Below are positions 8,336 to 18,631 of a DNA stretch of 64,000 nucleotides, one piece after another. The stretch lies in contig JAIVJS010000001.1 in NCBI GenBank assembly GCA_020199905.1, positions 61,069-125,068 of the forward strand, given 5' to 3'. Each line of letters opens with the position of its first letter. Positions within the stretch are counted from its first letter, which is position 1. A model generated the notes under the pieces. It worked only from the letters and a program-made list of their open reading frames with translations. It ran no database searches and had not been told where the DNA came from. Source of the stretch: Acidobacteriota bacterium. Its GTDB lineage: Bacteria > Acidobacteriota > Thermoanaerobaculia > UBA5066 > Gp7-AA6. Both the position numbers and the translations under genes were made by a program.

Positions 8336-8897
8336 GGTCCAACGGCGTCTCGAACTCTTCGTACTCGACCCGCAGCCGGGAGGCGAACTCGAGCATCGTG
8401 CGGCGGCGGTCCTCCGCGATCTCGCGCGCCTTCGGGGTTCGCAGCTCGACTCGCGCGGCCTCCTCGATCTCCGACGCCATCTCCAGGAAGTCGAGCCGCT
8501 CGCGGTATCCCTCGACGAGGCTTCTCGCGACTCCGTACGCGCCGAGGCGGTCGAGCCTCACGGCGTCGTGCACGATCGTTTCCTCCGGGGTGCGCGGGTC
8601 GGTGTCGAACCGCGTCAGGGAACGAAAGAGGGTCGAGATCGTCTTGTGGGGTACCCCCTCGGAGGCCAGGAACAGCTCGGTGCGGCTCCGGTGCCCCATC
8701 CGGGACACCCATTTCTCCTGCCCTGAAAAGACGGCGAGCAGAAAGAGCAGGTCCGGGTCGACGTCCGGTCGGTCGCCGGCGACCAGGACCGCGGCGGAAA
8801 CGGCGCGCCGGACGTCCCCGTAGTTCGTGACGCCGTCGAGCCCGACGGCCATGGGCCTGACGTACTCCTCGACGCGCTTTCGCCCGATGGGATCCAC
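8313..8897 (-). CDS. Hypothetical protein, possibly HD-domain-like
   Basis: Coding-like GC3. Segment ETIVHDAVRLDRLGAYGVARS resembles an HD-domain HD...D region. The assignment is weak. Confidence 0.4.
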   Translation of the reverse strand: MDPIGRKRVEEYVRPMAVGLDGVTNYGDVRRAVSAAVLVAGDRPDVDPDLLFLLAVFSGQEKWVSRMGHRSRTELFLASEGVPHKTISTLFRSLTRFDTDPRTPEETIVHDAVRLDRLGAYGVARSLVEGYRERLDFLEMASEIEEAARVELRTPKAREIAEDRRRTMLEFASRLRVEYEEFETPLDQRPLADG

Positions 8898-8975
8898 GCC
8901 GCGGATGCTACGTCAGCCGAACCGTTCTTCGGTCTCGCCGCGTTCCACCTGTCGACTGCCGCCTCGCGTCCTCCG

Positions 8976-9713
8976 TTAAATCACCCTTCCGCCGTCCACG
9001 CGGAGGATCTGCCCCGTGATGAAGGCCGGGCCCGAGCAGAGAAAGACGACCGCCTGCGCCACATCCTCCGGCGTCCCGTTCCGGCGCGCCGGAACCGACT
9101 TCGCCAGGCTCGCCTCGTCTTCCGGGAACGTCCCGTCCGGGGGAAGCACGACACCGGGAGCGACGCCGTTGACGGAAACTTCCGGCGCCAGCTCGATCGC
9201 GAGCGCGCGGACGAGCCCTTCGACCGCCGCCTTCGAGACGGAGTGCGCGAGGTAGTTGCGCACGGGCCGCGCGGCGAGAAAGTCGGAGATGAGGACGATC
9301 CGTCCCGCCCGCCGGCGCAGCATGGCAGCGGCGGCCCGCGACAGCAGGAACCCGGACCGGGCATTCACGTTCAGGGCGGAATCCCAAAGCGCCGGAGTGG
9401 TCTCCTCGATGGACGCGCGGTGGAAGTTCGAGGCCGAGTGGACGAGGAGGTCGAGTCCGCCGAGCACGCGCTCCGTTTCCGCCACGACGCGCTCGCACTC
9501 GGCGGGCTCCGCCAGGTCTCCCGCGATCCCCGCGGCGCGGCGGCCGAGCGCCCGGATGGTGGCGCACACCTCTTCCGCTCCCGAGGCCGAGGACCGGTAG
9601 TGCACCGCAACGTCGGCGCCCTCCACGGCCAGCGCGAGCGCGATGGCCCGGCCCACCCGGATTCCGGCGCCGGTCACGAGCGCGCCGCGGCCGGAAAGCG
9701 GCAGATCGGCCAT
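8976..9713 (-). CDS. SDR family oxidoreductase
   Basis: LVTGAGIRVGRAIALAL glycine-rich motif; YxxxK-like catalytic region (NYLAHSVSKAAVEGL); 245 aa. Confidence 0.85.
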   Translation of the reverse strand: MADLPLSGRGALVTGAGIRVGRAIALALAVEGADVAVHYRSSASGAEEVCATIRALGRRAAGIAGDLAEPAECERVVAETERVLGGLDLLVHSASNFHRASIEETTPALWDSALNVNARSGFLLSRAAAAMLRRRAGRIVLISDFLAARPVRNYLAHSVSKAAVEGLVRALAIELAPEVSVNGVAPGVVLPPDGTFPEDEASLAKSVPARRNGTPEDVAQAVVFLCSGPAFITGQILRVDGGRVI

Positions 9714-9776
9714 GCCGGATCGTAACCTTTCGGACGAAAAACCCGTATTCTGGGCAGGTTACGCGGAGGACCCGCC

Positions 9777-12700
9777 ATGAAGAGACTCGTCGCCCTTCTC
9801 GCCGCCTGTGCGGCTCTCGGCGCGGCGCCCGCGCGAGCCGGCTCCGTCTCCGGACGCCTGCTCGACGCCTCCGGGAAGCCCGCCCCGGGCGCCCGCGTCC
9901 AGTGGGTGGCGTATCGCACCGAGGACCAGGCCATCGTCGAAATGTCGGCTGCCTCCGAGCCGGCCGCGCTCGGCGAGACGAAGACCGGACCGGACGGCGC
10001 CTTCCGCGTGGCGGTCGACAAGCCGGACCTCGTGATCGGGCTGCGGGTTTTTCCGCCCGGCTCGCCCTCCGTGCGCTTCCGGGGACCGTTCGATTCGACC
10101 GAAGACGTCTCGCTCGAGGATATTCACGCCCTGGCCGGTGCCCGGCTCACCGGACGGATCGTCGACGACGAAGGCAAACCGGTCGCCGGCGCGCGCGTGC
10201 GGGCGGCAGGAACGGAGATTTTTTCGGACCAGGATTCCTCCACGCTCTCGGAGGCGAAGACAGGGGCGGACGGCACGTTCGCGATGGAGGCGGCGCCCGC
10301 CGGAGCCCGGACCATCGTGGCGCGCGCCCCCGGGCTCGTCCAGGTGTCGCTCTTCCAGATGGACCCGAAGCCGGACGTGAAGCTGACGCTCAAACAGGGA
10401 GGAACGATCCGCGGTGTCGTCCTCGACCCAACGGGAAAGGCCGCCGCGGGCGCGATCGTCATTTCCGAAGATCAGGGAGCGGAATCCGGTCCCGACGGGA
10501 CCTTCCGCCTCGCGGGCGTCGAGCCCGGAGTGCGGAACATCCAGGCGGTCTGGAAAGAGGACTTCGCCGTCCGGCGGGACAACCTCCGCGTCAAGCGCGG
10601 CCAGGAGGTCGAAGTGCCGCTGAAGCTCGCGCGCGCCGCGGCGATCGCCGGAACGGTGATCGACGAAGCGACGAGGAAGCCGCTGGCCGGCGCGCGGCTT
10701 GCCGCCTCTTCCGCCGGACCCGCGTTCGGCCTCCGCCGGGCCGAGAGGAGGGTGCGCGCGGATGCGAAGGGGAAGTTCCGGTTGAACGGCCTCGCGCCGC
10801 GTCCGTATGCGGTCACGGGGTCGCGAGAGGGATATCTCGCCTCGGTGATCAACGGCGTCTCCGCCGGGACGGCGGCTCCAGGAACCGTCGCCCTGGCGCT
10901 CGCGAAGGCCGCGAGTGTCGCCGGGAAAGTCGTCGACGAAAAGGGCCAGCCGGTGGCCGGCGCGAACGTTCACTTCGCCCTCGAGGGGGGAATGCGCGGC
11001 TTCCTGCGCCGCGGGCCGTCAACCCTGATGGGCGCGCGGGGCGCCTTCACTGCGGCTGATGGAACCTTCCGGCTGCGCAATCTCGCGGCGGGGCGGAACA
11101 TGATTCTCGAAGCGGGGAAGCCGGGCTACACCGACGCGCGGCGCACCGGCCTCACGTTGAAGACGGGAGACGCGCTGGCCAATGTCTCTCTCACGCTGAA
11201 GAAGGGCCTCGAGGCGCGCGGCAAGGTGGTCGACGGCGAAGGAAAGCCAATACCGGAGGCGGAGGTCCGGGTCGCCGTGCGCGAAGGACGGGGCGGAGGC
11301 ATGGGCAACGTGCGCCAGCAGATCCGGATGGTGGGCATGGACGACAGCAAACCCGACGCCGTCTCGGGACCGGACGGCACCTTCGTCGTGCGAGGTCTCG
11401 AACCGGGCGAGTACAGCGCGGTCGTCGCGCGGGACGGGTACGCGAGGAAGAGCGCGTCGAATCTGGCCGTCGCGCCTGCCGCGGACAATGTGTGGCCTCC
11501 GATCACGCTCGTCAACGGCGCCGCGATCTCGGGATTCGTGCGCGACTCCCAGGGGCAGCCGATCGCCGGCGCGCAGATCTTCGGGTTCTCGATGGCGGAT
11601 GGAATGCGGCCGCAGAGCGTGGCGTCCGACGTGGACGGGCGCTTCCGGCTCGACGGCCTGACGGCGGACAGGTCCCTCTTCGTGAGCCTGACGGCGGCGG
11701 GCTTCGCCCAGACGCAGAAGAGCCTGACGCCCCCGGTGCAGGACGTCGTGATCGTCCTGAAGACGGCGGGGACGATCCGCGGCCACGTGGAGGACGGGGA
11801 CACGAAGAGGCCGATCATCGATTTTTCCGTCGGGCGCAGCGGCCCGCGGGGAGGCGGATTCAATTTCCAGGCGGGCGGGCAGGGGGGCGACAAGGCGTTC
11901 CAGTCCGAGGACGGCTCCTTCGACCTGCCGGACGTCCCCGCGGGAAAGTGGACCGTCCGGGCGACCGCGTCCGGATACCGCAACGGCGAGACGTCGGGCG
12001 TCGAGCTCGGCGAGGGGGAGACGAAAGAAGGCGTCGTCGTCTCCCTGCGCAAAGGCGGCTCGCTTTCCGGGCGTGTCCTCGACCCGAAGAAAGGCACGGG
12101 CGTGCCGAACGCGTCCGTGAGCTGGCAGGCCGCGGGCTCCTCCGGCGGCGGTCCCGGCGCGATGTTTGCCCGGATGGCGGGCGGCGCCGCGAATACCGCG
12201 ACGAATACGGACGCCGACGGGCGATTTCGGTTCGACGGCCTTCCCGAGGGACGGGTCACACTGGTCGCGGACCACCCGGATTACCTCGAGACCAGCCGCG
12301 ACGTGGATCCCGAAAAAGACACGAACGTCGACATCGCGCTCGGAACGGGTGGCGCGATCTCGGGGACCGTCGTCGATCGCGACGGCCGCACTCCGATGGC
12401 CGGGGCTCTCGTCGCGTTGAACGAAGAAGGGGATGCGGGAATGTTCGGCGGAGGAGACTCCACGCGGACGGACGGCTCGGGAGTGTTTTCCTTCGAGCAC
12501 CTGAAGGCGGGGCGATTCAAAGTGTCGGCGCAGTCCGCGGCCGGCAAGTCGGCGCCGAAGGAAGTGATCCTCGCCGAAAATCAGCGGCAGGACGGCGTCC
12601 TGATCGGGATGGTCGCCGCGGGTTCGACGGTCCGGGGTACGGTGTCGGGATTGCCCCGGGGCAAGCTCGGGGGGCTTCGCGTTTTCGCCAACGGAAAGGA

Positions 12701-13877
12701 TTACTCGGACAGCACGCAGACGGACGACACGGGCGCCTTCACGCTCAAGGACGTGCCGCCCGGAATCGTGCAGTTCAACGTCAACACGGGCATGCCCGCC
12801 GGACGGGCGGCGTCGAAGTCCGCCGAGATCCCGGACGAAGGGGGGGAGTTTCCCGTGCAGATCGTTTTCGAGGGATCCTCGCGCCTGGCCGGTCGGGTCA
12901 CGCGCGCCGACCGTCCGCTCGAAGGCCTCTTCATTTCCGCCAACGCGGATCCTCCCTCCCCGGGCGCGGCCCGCGCGACGTCGCAGACCGACGAGGACGG
13001 ACGCTTCGCGCTCGAGGGGCTCTCCGACGGCACGTACCAGATCTCCGTCGGCGGCCGGGGCGTCTCGTACCGCAAAGCCGTTTCGATTACGGGAGACACC
13101 ACCGCGGATGTCGTCATCCCGGCCTCGACGGTCTCGGGAACGGTGACCGAAGAAGGCTCCGGAGCGCCGCTCGAGGGGGCCATGATCCAGGCGGAGAGCG
13201 GGAAGGAGACGGCGGCGGTTTCCATGAAGACGGCGGTCTCCGACTCGTTGGGCCATTACGAGATCGACAGCGTCGATCCGGGCTCGTATCAGATCAGCGC
13301 GCGGAAGGCGGGATACCAGCAGAAGACCTCGACCGCGACCGTGGGCGCGGATTCCTCCACCGCGAATTTCTCTCTCGCGAAGGGGTCCGGGATCTCGATC
13401 CGCATCTCGGACGGCGTCATGGGATTTCCCCTGCACGGCGTCACGGTGCTCGCGTTCGGCGGCAGCGGCGGGGTCGCCTTCCAGGGCTCGGTCAGCCTGG
13501 ACTCATCCGGCAAGGGAGAGATCTCTTCTCTGGGACCGGGCCGGTACTCGATTTACTTCTTCTCCGACGGCTACGCTCCGAGAGCGCTGGCCGCCGTCGA
13601 TGCTCCCTCGCCGGAGGTCGCGATCGCGATGACTCCGGGCGGCCGCGTCGAGGTCCACACGGGAGTGCCCGGCACGGGGCGCCTCACCGACGGTTCCGGC
13701 GCGGTCTACCTCCTGTCGCCCTTCCGGCTCGACGGCCGCGTCACGGCCGTTCCTCCCGCCTCCACCTGGGAGCACCTCGCGCCGGGCCGGTACACCCTCC
13801 AGATGACGGGCGGAGGACAGGGCGTCTATCCCTTCACGATCGCGGAAGGGCAGACGACGCGGCTGGATTTGAAGTAG
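9777..13877 (+). CDS. Large secreted protein of about 14 tandem carboxypeptidase-regulatory-like (CarbopepD_reg / Cna-B-like) domains
   Basis: Signal peptide MKRLVALLAACAALGAAPARA. A module G-x-V-x-D-x-x-G-x-P-x-A-G-A-x-V recurs about 14 times at roughly 90-100 aa spacing (GRLLDASGKPAPGARV, GRIVDDEGKPVAGARV, GKVVDEKGQPVAGANV, GFVRDSQGQPIAGAQI, and so on). Confidence 0.85.
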   Translation: MKRLVALLAACAALGAAPARAGSVSGRLLDASGKPAPGARVQWVAYRTEDQAIVEMSAASEPAALGETKTGPDGAFRVAVDKPDLVIGLRVFPPGSPSVRFRGPFDSTEDVSLEDIHALAGARLTGRIVDDEGKPVAGARVRAAGTEIFSDQDSSTLSEAKTGADGTFAMEAAPAGARTIVARAPGLVQVSLFQMDPKPDVKLTLKQGGTIRGVVLDPTGKAAAGAIVISEDQGAESGPDGTFRLAGVEPGVRNIQAVWKEDFAVRRDNLRVKRGQEVEVPLKLARAAAIAGTVIDEATRKPLAGARLAASSAGPAFGLRRAERRVRADAKGKFRLNGLAPRPYAVTGSREGYLASVINGVSAGTAAPGTVALALAKAASVAGKVVDEKGQPVAGANVHFALEGGMRGFLRRGPSTLMGARGAFTAADGTFRLRNLAAGRNMILEAGKPGYTDARRTGLTLKTGDALANVSLTLKKGLEARGKVVDGEGKPIPEAEVRVAVREGRGGGMGNVRQQIRMVGMDDSKPDAVSGPDGTFVVRGLEPGEYSAVVARDGYARKSASNLAVAPAADNVWPPITLVNGAAISGFVRDSQGQPIAGAQIFGFSMADGMRPQSVASDVDGRFRLDGLTADRSLFVSLTAAGFAQTQKSLTPPVQDVVIVLKTAGTIRGHVEDGDTKRPIIDFSVGRSGPRGGGFNFQAGGQGGDKAFQSEDGSFDLPDVPAGKWTVRATASGYRNGETSGVELGEGETKEGVVVSLRKGGSLSGRVLDPKKGTGVPNASVSWQAAGSSGGGPGAMFARMAGGAANTATNTDADGRFRFDGLPEGRVTLVADHPDYLETSRDVDPEKDTNVDIALGTGGAISGTVVDRDGRTPMAGALVALNEEGDAGMFGGGDSTRTDGSGVFSFEHLKAGRFKVSAQSAAGKSAPKEVILAENQRQDGVLIGMVAAGSTVRGTVSGLPRGKLGGLRVFANGKDYSDSTQTDDTGAFTLKDVPPGIVQFNVNTGMPAGRAASKSAEIPDEGGEFPVQIVFEGSSRLAGRVTRADRPLEGLFISANADPPSPGAARATSQTDEDGRFALEGLSDGTYQISVGGRGVSYRKAVSITGDTTADVVIPASTVSGTVTEEGSGAPLEGAMIQAESGKETAAVSMKTAVSDSLGHYEIDSVDPGSYQISARKAGYQQKTSTATVGADSSTANFSLAKGSGISIRISDGVMGFPLHGVTVLAFGGSGGVAFQGSVSLDSSGKGEISSLGPGRYSIYFFSDGYAPRALAAVDAPSPEVAIAMTPGGRVEVHTGVPGTGRLTDGSGAVYLLSPFRLDGRVTAVPPASTWEHLAPGRYTLQMTGGGQGVYPFTIAEGQTTRLDLK
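9840..13450 (+). repeat. Intragenic tandem domain repeats (about 14 x 270-300 nt, diverged) within the giant CarbopepD_reg gene
   Basis: Periodic recurrence of the G.V.D..G.P.AGA.V module at protein level; the nucleotide copies are diverged rather than identical. Confidence 0.5.
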
Positions 13878-13998
13878 AGGGGTGAGAGGGTCGGGAATCG
13901 AGAGCCGAGCGACCAACGGGAGCAAGACGGCCGCGGTACTCCGCGGTCAACGCGCTCGGGAATAAGAGAGGAGCGGTCTTCTCCGGCCCCTGGGGCTC

Positions 13999-14040
13999 GG
14001 TATTGAAGACTCAACGCTGAACGCTCAACGCTCAACCAGC
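13999..14040 (+). repeat. Heptamer array (GCTCAAC x4) in the spacer after the giant CarbopepD_reg gene
   Basis: actcaac gctgaac gctcaac gctcaac cagctcc. Confidence 0.6.
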
Positions 14041-14543
14041 TCCCGTACCCAGGCAATCGGATCGTCCATCAAACGGTTGTTTTCGGTAAACGCGCGCCAC
14101 TCGGCGAAGAAGGCCCAGAGGTGGAGGGCGACCGCGAAGACCGACGCCGCGAGATGGACCCAGGAGGGAAGCGTCCGCGTGTGCACCGCCGCTCCGAGGA
14201 CGAAGACCGCGATCGCGGCGGCAAGCGCGAAGGTTGCGGGCGGCGAGGTCTGCGCCTTGAACCTCCGAAGGGCCGCCAGGATGGGCTTCTGGTCCACCTC
14301 CGCAAGGCTCGCCACCTCGTCCTTGACCAGGCGCCCCGTCCCGACGAAATAGAAGATCACCATCGACTGCGAGAAGAGCGAGAAGAGCACAGTCGGAATC
14401 GCCCAACCGACGTGACGGCGGACGAGGACCCGCGCGATCGCGGAGCCGGCGCCGATGCCGGTGGCGACGGAGAATCCCTGGATGGAGGTCGCGAGGAAGC
14501 CGGCGAGCGCCAGTGCCGTCGTCAGAAGGAGCGCGAACGACAT
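14025..14543 (-). CDS. Hypothetical membrane protein (4 predicted TM helices)
   Basis: I use the internal ATG at 14543 (MSFALLLTTALALAGFLATS...). The upstream part of track ORF (to 14726) overlaps the fadD promoter region and is not coding-like. Confidence 0.5.
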   Translation of the reverse strand: MSFALLLTTALALAGFLATSIQGFSVATGIGAGSAIARVLVRRHVGWAIPTVLFSLFSQSMVIFYFVGTGRLVKDEVASLAEVDQKPILAALRRFKAQTSPPATFALAAAIAVFVLGAAVHTRTLPSWVHLAASVFAVALHLWAFFAEWRAFTENNRLMDDPIAWVRELVER

Positions 14544-14599
14544 GCGCCGCAGAATAGCGCGTTCCTCGAGATCCGGACGCGGCGAACGCACCGGCAACC

Positions 14600-14628
14600 T
14601 TGACCCCCGCGGAAGCGCGAGACAGAAT
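14600..14628 (+). promoter_or_regulatory. Candidate sigma-70-type promoter for the fad operon (TTGACC-N17-CAGAAT)
   Basis: TTGACC at 14600-14605 and CAGAAT at 14623-14628, about 40 nt upstream of the fadD ATG. Sequence pattern only. Confidence 0.25.
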
Positions 14629-14667
14629 CGTTTCGCCAGACCAGAGACGCACGATCGGAGGACGAGA

Positions 14668-16473
14668 ATGGCCAGCGAGATCCGCACGCTCTGCGACATC
14701 TTTCGGAACGCGGCCGCCTCGGGCAAGCCCGACCTCCTTCTGTCGAAAGTGGGGGGTCAGTGGCGTCCGATCCCGGCGTCGGATTTCGCCTTCACGGTGC
14801 GGGCTCTCTCGCTCGGATTGAACGCGCTCGGGATCCAGCCGGGCGACCGGGTGGCGATCCTCTCGGAGAACCGGCCCGAGTGGGCGATGGCGGACTACGC
14901 GATCCTGTGCGCGGGCGCGTGGTCGGTGCCGATCTATCCCACGCTGCCGGCCAGCCAGGTCGCTCCGCTCTTGAACGACTCCGGATCGCGGGCGATCTTC
15001 GTCTCGACGCCCGAGCAGCTTACGAAGGTGTCCCGGATCCATGAGCAGTGTCCTTCACTCGAATACGTCATCTGCATCGAGGCGACTGCCCCCGCCGCCG
15101 AGGGATACATGAGCTTCGGCACCGCGGTGGACAAGGGACGCGCGACCCTGGAGATGACGCCCGCCCTCTTCGACCAGCGCGCCGACCGCGTCAAGCCCGA
15201 CGACATCGCCACGATCATCTATACGTCCGGGACCACCGGGGAGCCGAAGGGCGCGATGCTGACCCACGGCAATTTCGTCGAGAACGTCAAGGGATCGCTG
15301 AAGAACATCCCGATCACCGGAGACTCGGTGGCCCTCTCGTTCCTCCCGCTCTCCCACGTGTTCGAGAGGATGCTCGACTACGCATACCTCTACCAATCCT
15401 CGTCGATCGCGTACGCCGAGTCGATCGAGAAGCTCAAGGACAACTTCCTGGAAGTGAACCCCCACTGCTTCGGAGCGGTGCCGCGCGTTTACGAGAAGGT
15501 TCAGGCCCGGATCCTCGACAAGGTCGCGACGGCGCCGGCAATCCGCCAGAAGCTGTTTCACTGGGCGGTCGGCGTCGGGCGCGAGAACCTCGAACGCCAG
15601 GAGCGCGGCGAGGCCCCCTCTTCCTCCTTCAAGCTCAAGCTCGCGGACAAGCTCGTGCTCCACAAGATCCGGGCTCTGCTCGGAAACCGGTTCCGCTTCG
15701 CCGTCTCGGGAGGCGCCCCTCTTTCGAGGGAGCTCGCGCAATTCTTCCTCGGCGCGGGAGTCACGATCTACGAAGGATACGGATTGACAGAGACCTCCCC
15801 GGTAATCGCGGTCAACGGGCCCGGAGCCTGGAAGCTCGGGACGGTCGGCCATCCGCTCTCGAATGTCGAGGTCCGGATCGCGGAGGACGGCGAGATCCTC
15901 ACCCGGGGACCCCACGTCATGAAGGGGTACTTCCACAAACCGGAGGCGACGGCGGAGGCGATCGACAAGGAAAACTGGTTTCACACGGGCGACATCGGAC
16001 TCCTGGACCAGAAGGGCTTCCTCGTGATCACCGATCGGAAGAAGGACCTCATCGTCCTCACGAGCGGGAAGAAGGCCGCTCCGCAGCCGATCGAGAACGA
16101 CCTGAAAAAGTCGCCCTACATCGACATGCCGATCGTGCTGGGAGATCGCCACAAGTTTCTCGCGGCCCTGATCGTTCCGAAGTTCGATCGTCTGAAGGAG
16201 CTCGCGAAAGAGAAGCAGTTCGAGTTCGTGCCCGAATCGATCGACGCCAATCCGCGGATTCGCGCGCTTTTCCAGGAGGAGATCGACAAGTACAACCACG
16301 ACCGTCCGCACCACGAACAGATCCGCGCGTTCGCGCTGCTCCCCGCCGACCTGACGGTCGAAGACGGCTCGATCACGCCGACGCTCAAGGTGAAGCGGCG
16401 GATCCTCGAGAAGAGGTATCAGGACCTGATCCAGGCGATGTACCAGGCGGCGGAGAGAACGCATGTCGCCTGA
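14668..16473 (+). CDS. fadD: Long-chain-fatty-acid--CoA ligase (AMP-dependent synthetase/ligase)
   Basis: ATG at 14668 with GGAGG 8 nt upstream. AMP-binding motif YTSGTTGEPKGAML. 601 aa. Confidence 0.85.
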   Translation: MASEIRTLCDIFRNAAASGKPDLLLSKVGGQWRPIPASDFAFTVRALSLGLNALGIQPGDRVAILSENRPEWAMADYAILCAGAWSVPIYPTLPASQVAPLLNDSGSRAIFVSTPEQLTKVSRIHEQCPSLEYVICIEATAPAAEGYMSFGTAVDKGRATLEMTPALFDQRADRVKPDDIATIIYTSGTTGEPKGAMLTHGNFVENVKGSLKNIPITGDSVALSFLPLSHVFERMLDYAYLYQSSSIAYAESIEKLKDNFLEVNPHCFGAVPRVYEKVQARILDKVATAPAIRQKLFHWAVGVGRENLERQERGEAPSSSFKLKLADKLVLHKIRALLGNRFRFAVSGGAPLSRELAQFFLGAGVTIYEGYGLTETSPVIAVNGPGAWKLGTVGHPLSNVEVRIAEDGEILTRGPHVMKGYFHKPEATAEAIDKENWFHTGDIGLLDQKGFLVITDRKKDLIVLTSGKKAAPQPIENDLKKSPYIDMPIVLGDRHKFLAALIVPKFDRLKELAKEKQFEFVPESIDANPRIRALFQEEIDKYNHDRPHHEQIRAFALLPADLTVEDGSITPTLKVKRRILEKRYQDLIQAMYQAAERTHVA

Positions 16474-18631
16474 AGGACCCGGCGCCTTGTCGCTCGTCCT
16501 CGAGGACGACGGGCTGGCGGTCGTCACGTTCGATCTCCCCGGCGAAAAGGTCAACAAATTCTCCCGCGAGGTGATCCGGGAACTGGGCGAATTGCTGCTC
16601 CGTCTGTCCCGGGAGCCGCGCATCCGCGCGCTGCTCATCCGGTCCGGAAAGCCGGGAGTGTTCATCGCGGGAGCCGACATCCAGGAGTTCGTCTCGACTC
16701 CCGCGGCGGAAGCCGGCGACGCGGTGCGCGCCGTCCAGTCGCTCTTCGAGCAGCTCGCGCACCTGCCCTATGCGACCGTCGCGGCGATCGACGGCGTGTG
16801 TCTCGGCGGCGGGACGGAGCTCGCGCTCGCCTGCGACTACCGGCTCATGTCGGATTCGAAGAAGTCGCAGATCGGGCTGCCGGAAGTGAAGCTCGGGATC
16901 TTCCCCGCGTGGGGCGGCTGCACGAGGCTGCCGCGGGTGGTCGGCCTCCAGAAGGCGCTCGACCTGATCCTGACGGGCAGGACGCTCGACGCTCGACGCG
17001 CCAGGAAGATCGGTCTCGTGGACGCGGCGGTCCCGGCTCCAATTTTCGAGCAGACGGCGCGGGACTTCGCGCGCGCACGCATGGGGGAGGGCAAGCCGAA
17101 AGACCGTCGCGGCGAGCGCGGGCTCTCCGACCGCGCCCTGGAAGGCAACCCGCTCGGCCGGCGGCTCGTCTTTTCCCGGGCGCGGCAGACCGTGATGAAG
17201 CAGACGGGCGGGCACTATCCAGCGCCCCTCGAGGCGCTCGCGGTCATCGAGGAGGGATACGGAAAGCCCGTCGCGGAGGGGCTCGAGATCGAGGCGCGCC
17301 GGATCGGCCACGTCTTCGGGGGCCCGGTCCAGAAGAACCTTCTCCGGCTGTTCTTCCTGACCGAGGAGATCAAGAAGGAGACGGGGGTGGCGGACCCGGC
17401 GGTGCATCCCATCCCGGTGACGCGCGCCGCCGTTCTCGGCGCGGGCCTCATGGGAGGCGGGATCGCGCAGCTGCTCGCGGACAAGGGCGTTCCCGCCCGC
17501 ATGAAGGACATCGAGCCGAAGGCGCTCGCGCACGGGTATGCCGCGGCCGCCGCGGTCTGGAAAGATAAGTCGAAAAAGCGCCCGCTGTCTCCCCGCGAGA
17601 TGCGGTCGAAGATGGCGCTGCTCTCGGGCACCCTCGAGTACACCGGATTCCGCCGCTGCGAAGCCACCGTCGAGGCGGTCGTCGAGAAGCTCGGAGTCAA
17701 GCGATCGGTGCTGAAGGAGTGGGAAGCGGTGGTCCCCGACACCGCGATCTTCGCGTCCAACACCTCGACGCTTCCCATCGGGGAGATCGCCGCCGGCGCG
17801 CGCGTCCCCGCACGGGTCGCCGGCATGCACTTCTTCAACCCGGTGCACCGGATGCCGCTGGTGGAGGTCATCCGGGGACGGGAGACGTCCGACCTGACGG
17901 TTGCCACGGTGTTCGCGCTCGCGAAGACCCTCGGCAAGACGCCCGTCGTGGTCAAAGACTCGCCGGGCTTTCTCGTGAACCGCATCCTCGCGCCGTACCT
18001 CGCGGAGGCCGTGCGTCTGCTCCAGGAGGGATGCCGGATCGAGGACGTGGATTCCGCCATGACGTCTTTCGGGATGCCCGTCGGGCCGATCGCGCTCCTC
18101 GACGACGTGGGGCTCGACGTCGCGGTGAAGGCGGGCGAGGTTCTGGCCGCCGCCTTCCCCGACCGGATGAAGCCGGCAGGGCAGGAGTCGCTCGTCGCGC
18201 AGGGAAGACTCGGCCGGAAGTCCGGAAAGGGATTCTACGAATATCCCGACGGCAAGCGCGGCGCGCCCGCGAGAGAAGCGTACGAAGCGCTGCACGTCGC
18301 CCCGTCCGAAAAGCCTCCGCTCTCCCCGCAGGAGATCGAAGCGCGCCTCGTGCTGCTCATGATCAACGAGGCGGCCTGCTGCCTCGAGGAGGGCGTCGTC
18401 GCGCGACCGGAGAAGCTCGATCTCGCCATGATCTTCGGAACGGGCTTCCCGCCGTTCCGGGGCGGCCTGCTCCGCTACGCCGACGAGGTCGGAGTCCCGC
18501 GGGTGGCCGAGATGCTTCGGGAGCTCGCGGCGCGCCACGGCTCGCGGTTCACCCCCGCGGGATACCTGGACGAGCTCGCCCGCACGCGCGGCCGCTTCTA
18601 CCCCGAGAAGGCCGCGGGAGCCGCGGCATGA
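16463..18631 (+). CDS. Fatty-acid oxidation complex alpha subunit (enoyl-CoA hydratase + 3-hydroxyacyl-CoA dehydrogenase; FadJ/FadB-type)
   Basis: N-terminal crotonase fold (GKPGVFIAGADIQEF) plus a 3-HADH Rossmann motif (AAVLGAGLMGGGIAQ). The start overlaps the fadD stop (ATGTCGCCTGA). Confidence 0.85.
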   Translation: MSPEGPGALSLVLEDDGLAVVTFDLPGEKVNKFSREVIRELGELLLRLSREPRIRALLIRSGKPGVFIAGADIQEFVSTPAAEAGDAVRAVQSLFEQLAHLPYATVAAIDGVCLGGGTELALACDYRLMSDSKKSQIGLPEVKLGIFPAWGGCTRLPRVVGLQKALDLILTGRTLDARRARKIGLVDAAVPAPIFEQTARDFARARMGEGKPKDRRGERGLSDRALEGNPLGRRLVFSRARQTVMKQTGGHYPAPLEALAVIEEGYGKPVAEGLEIEARRIGHVFGGPVQKNLLRLFFLTEEIKKETGVADPAVHPIPVTRAAVLGAGLMGGGIAQLLADKGVPARMKDIEPKALAHGYAAAAAVWKDKSKKRPLSPREMRSKMALLSGTLEYTGFRRCEATVEAVVEKLGVKRSVLKEWEAVVPDTAIFASNTSTLPIGEIAAGARVPARVAGMHFFNPVHRMPLVEVIRGRETSDLTVATVFALAKTLGKTPVVVKDSPGFLVNRILAPYLAEAVRLLQEGCRIEDVDSAMTSFGMPVGPIALLDDVGLDVAVKAGEVLAAAFPDRMKPAGQESLVAQGRLGRKSGKGFYEYPDGKRGAPAREAYEALHVAPSEKPPLSPQEIEARLVLLMINEAACCLEEGVVARPEKLDLAMIFGTGFPPFRGGLLRYADEVGVPRVAEMLRELAARHGSRFTPAGYLDELARTRGRFYPEKAAGAAA

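Noticed and set aside
9759-13925. Long alternate-frame ORFs inside the giant CarbopepD_reg gene (9759..10973 -, 9902..11059 +, 11019..13436 -, 11126..12259 -, 11492..13885 +)
   Set aside because: Extreme Arg/Gly/Asp composition, typical of frame-shifted reading of GC-rich coding DNA. The plus frame 9777..13877 has the signal peptide and regular domain repeats.
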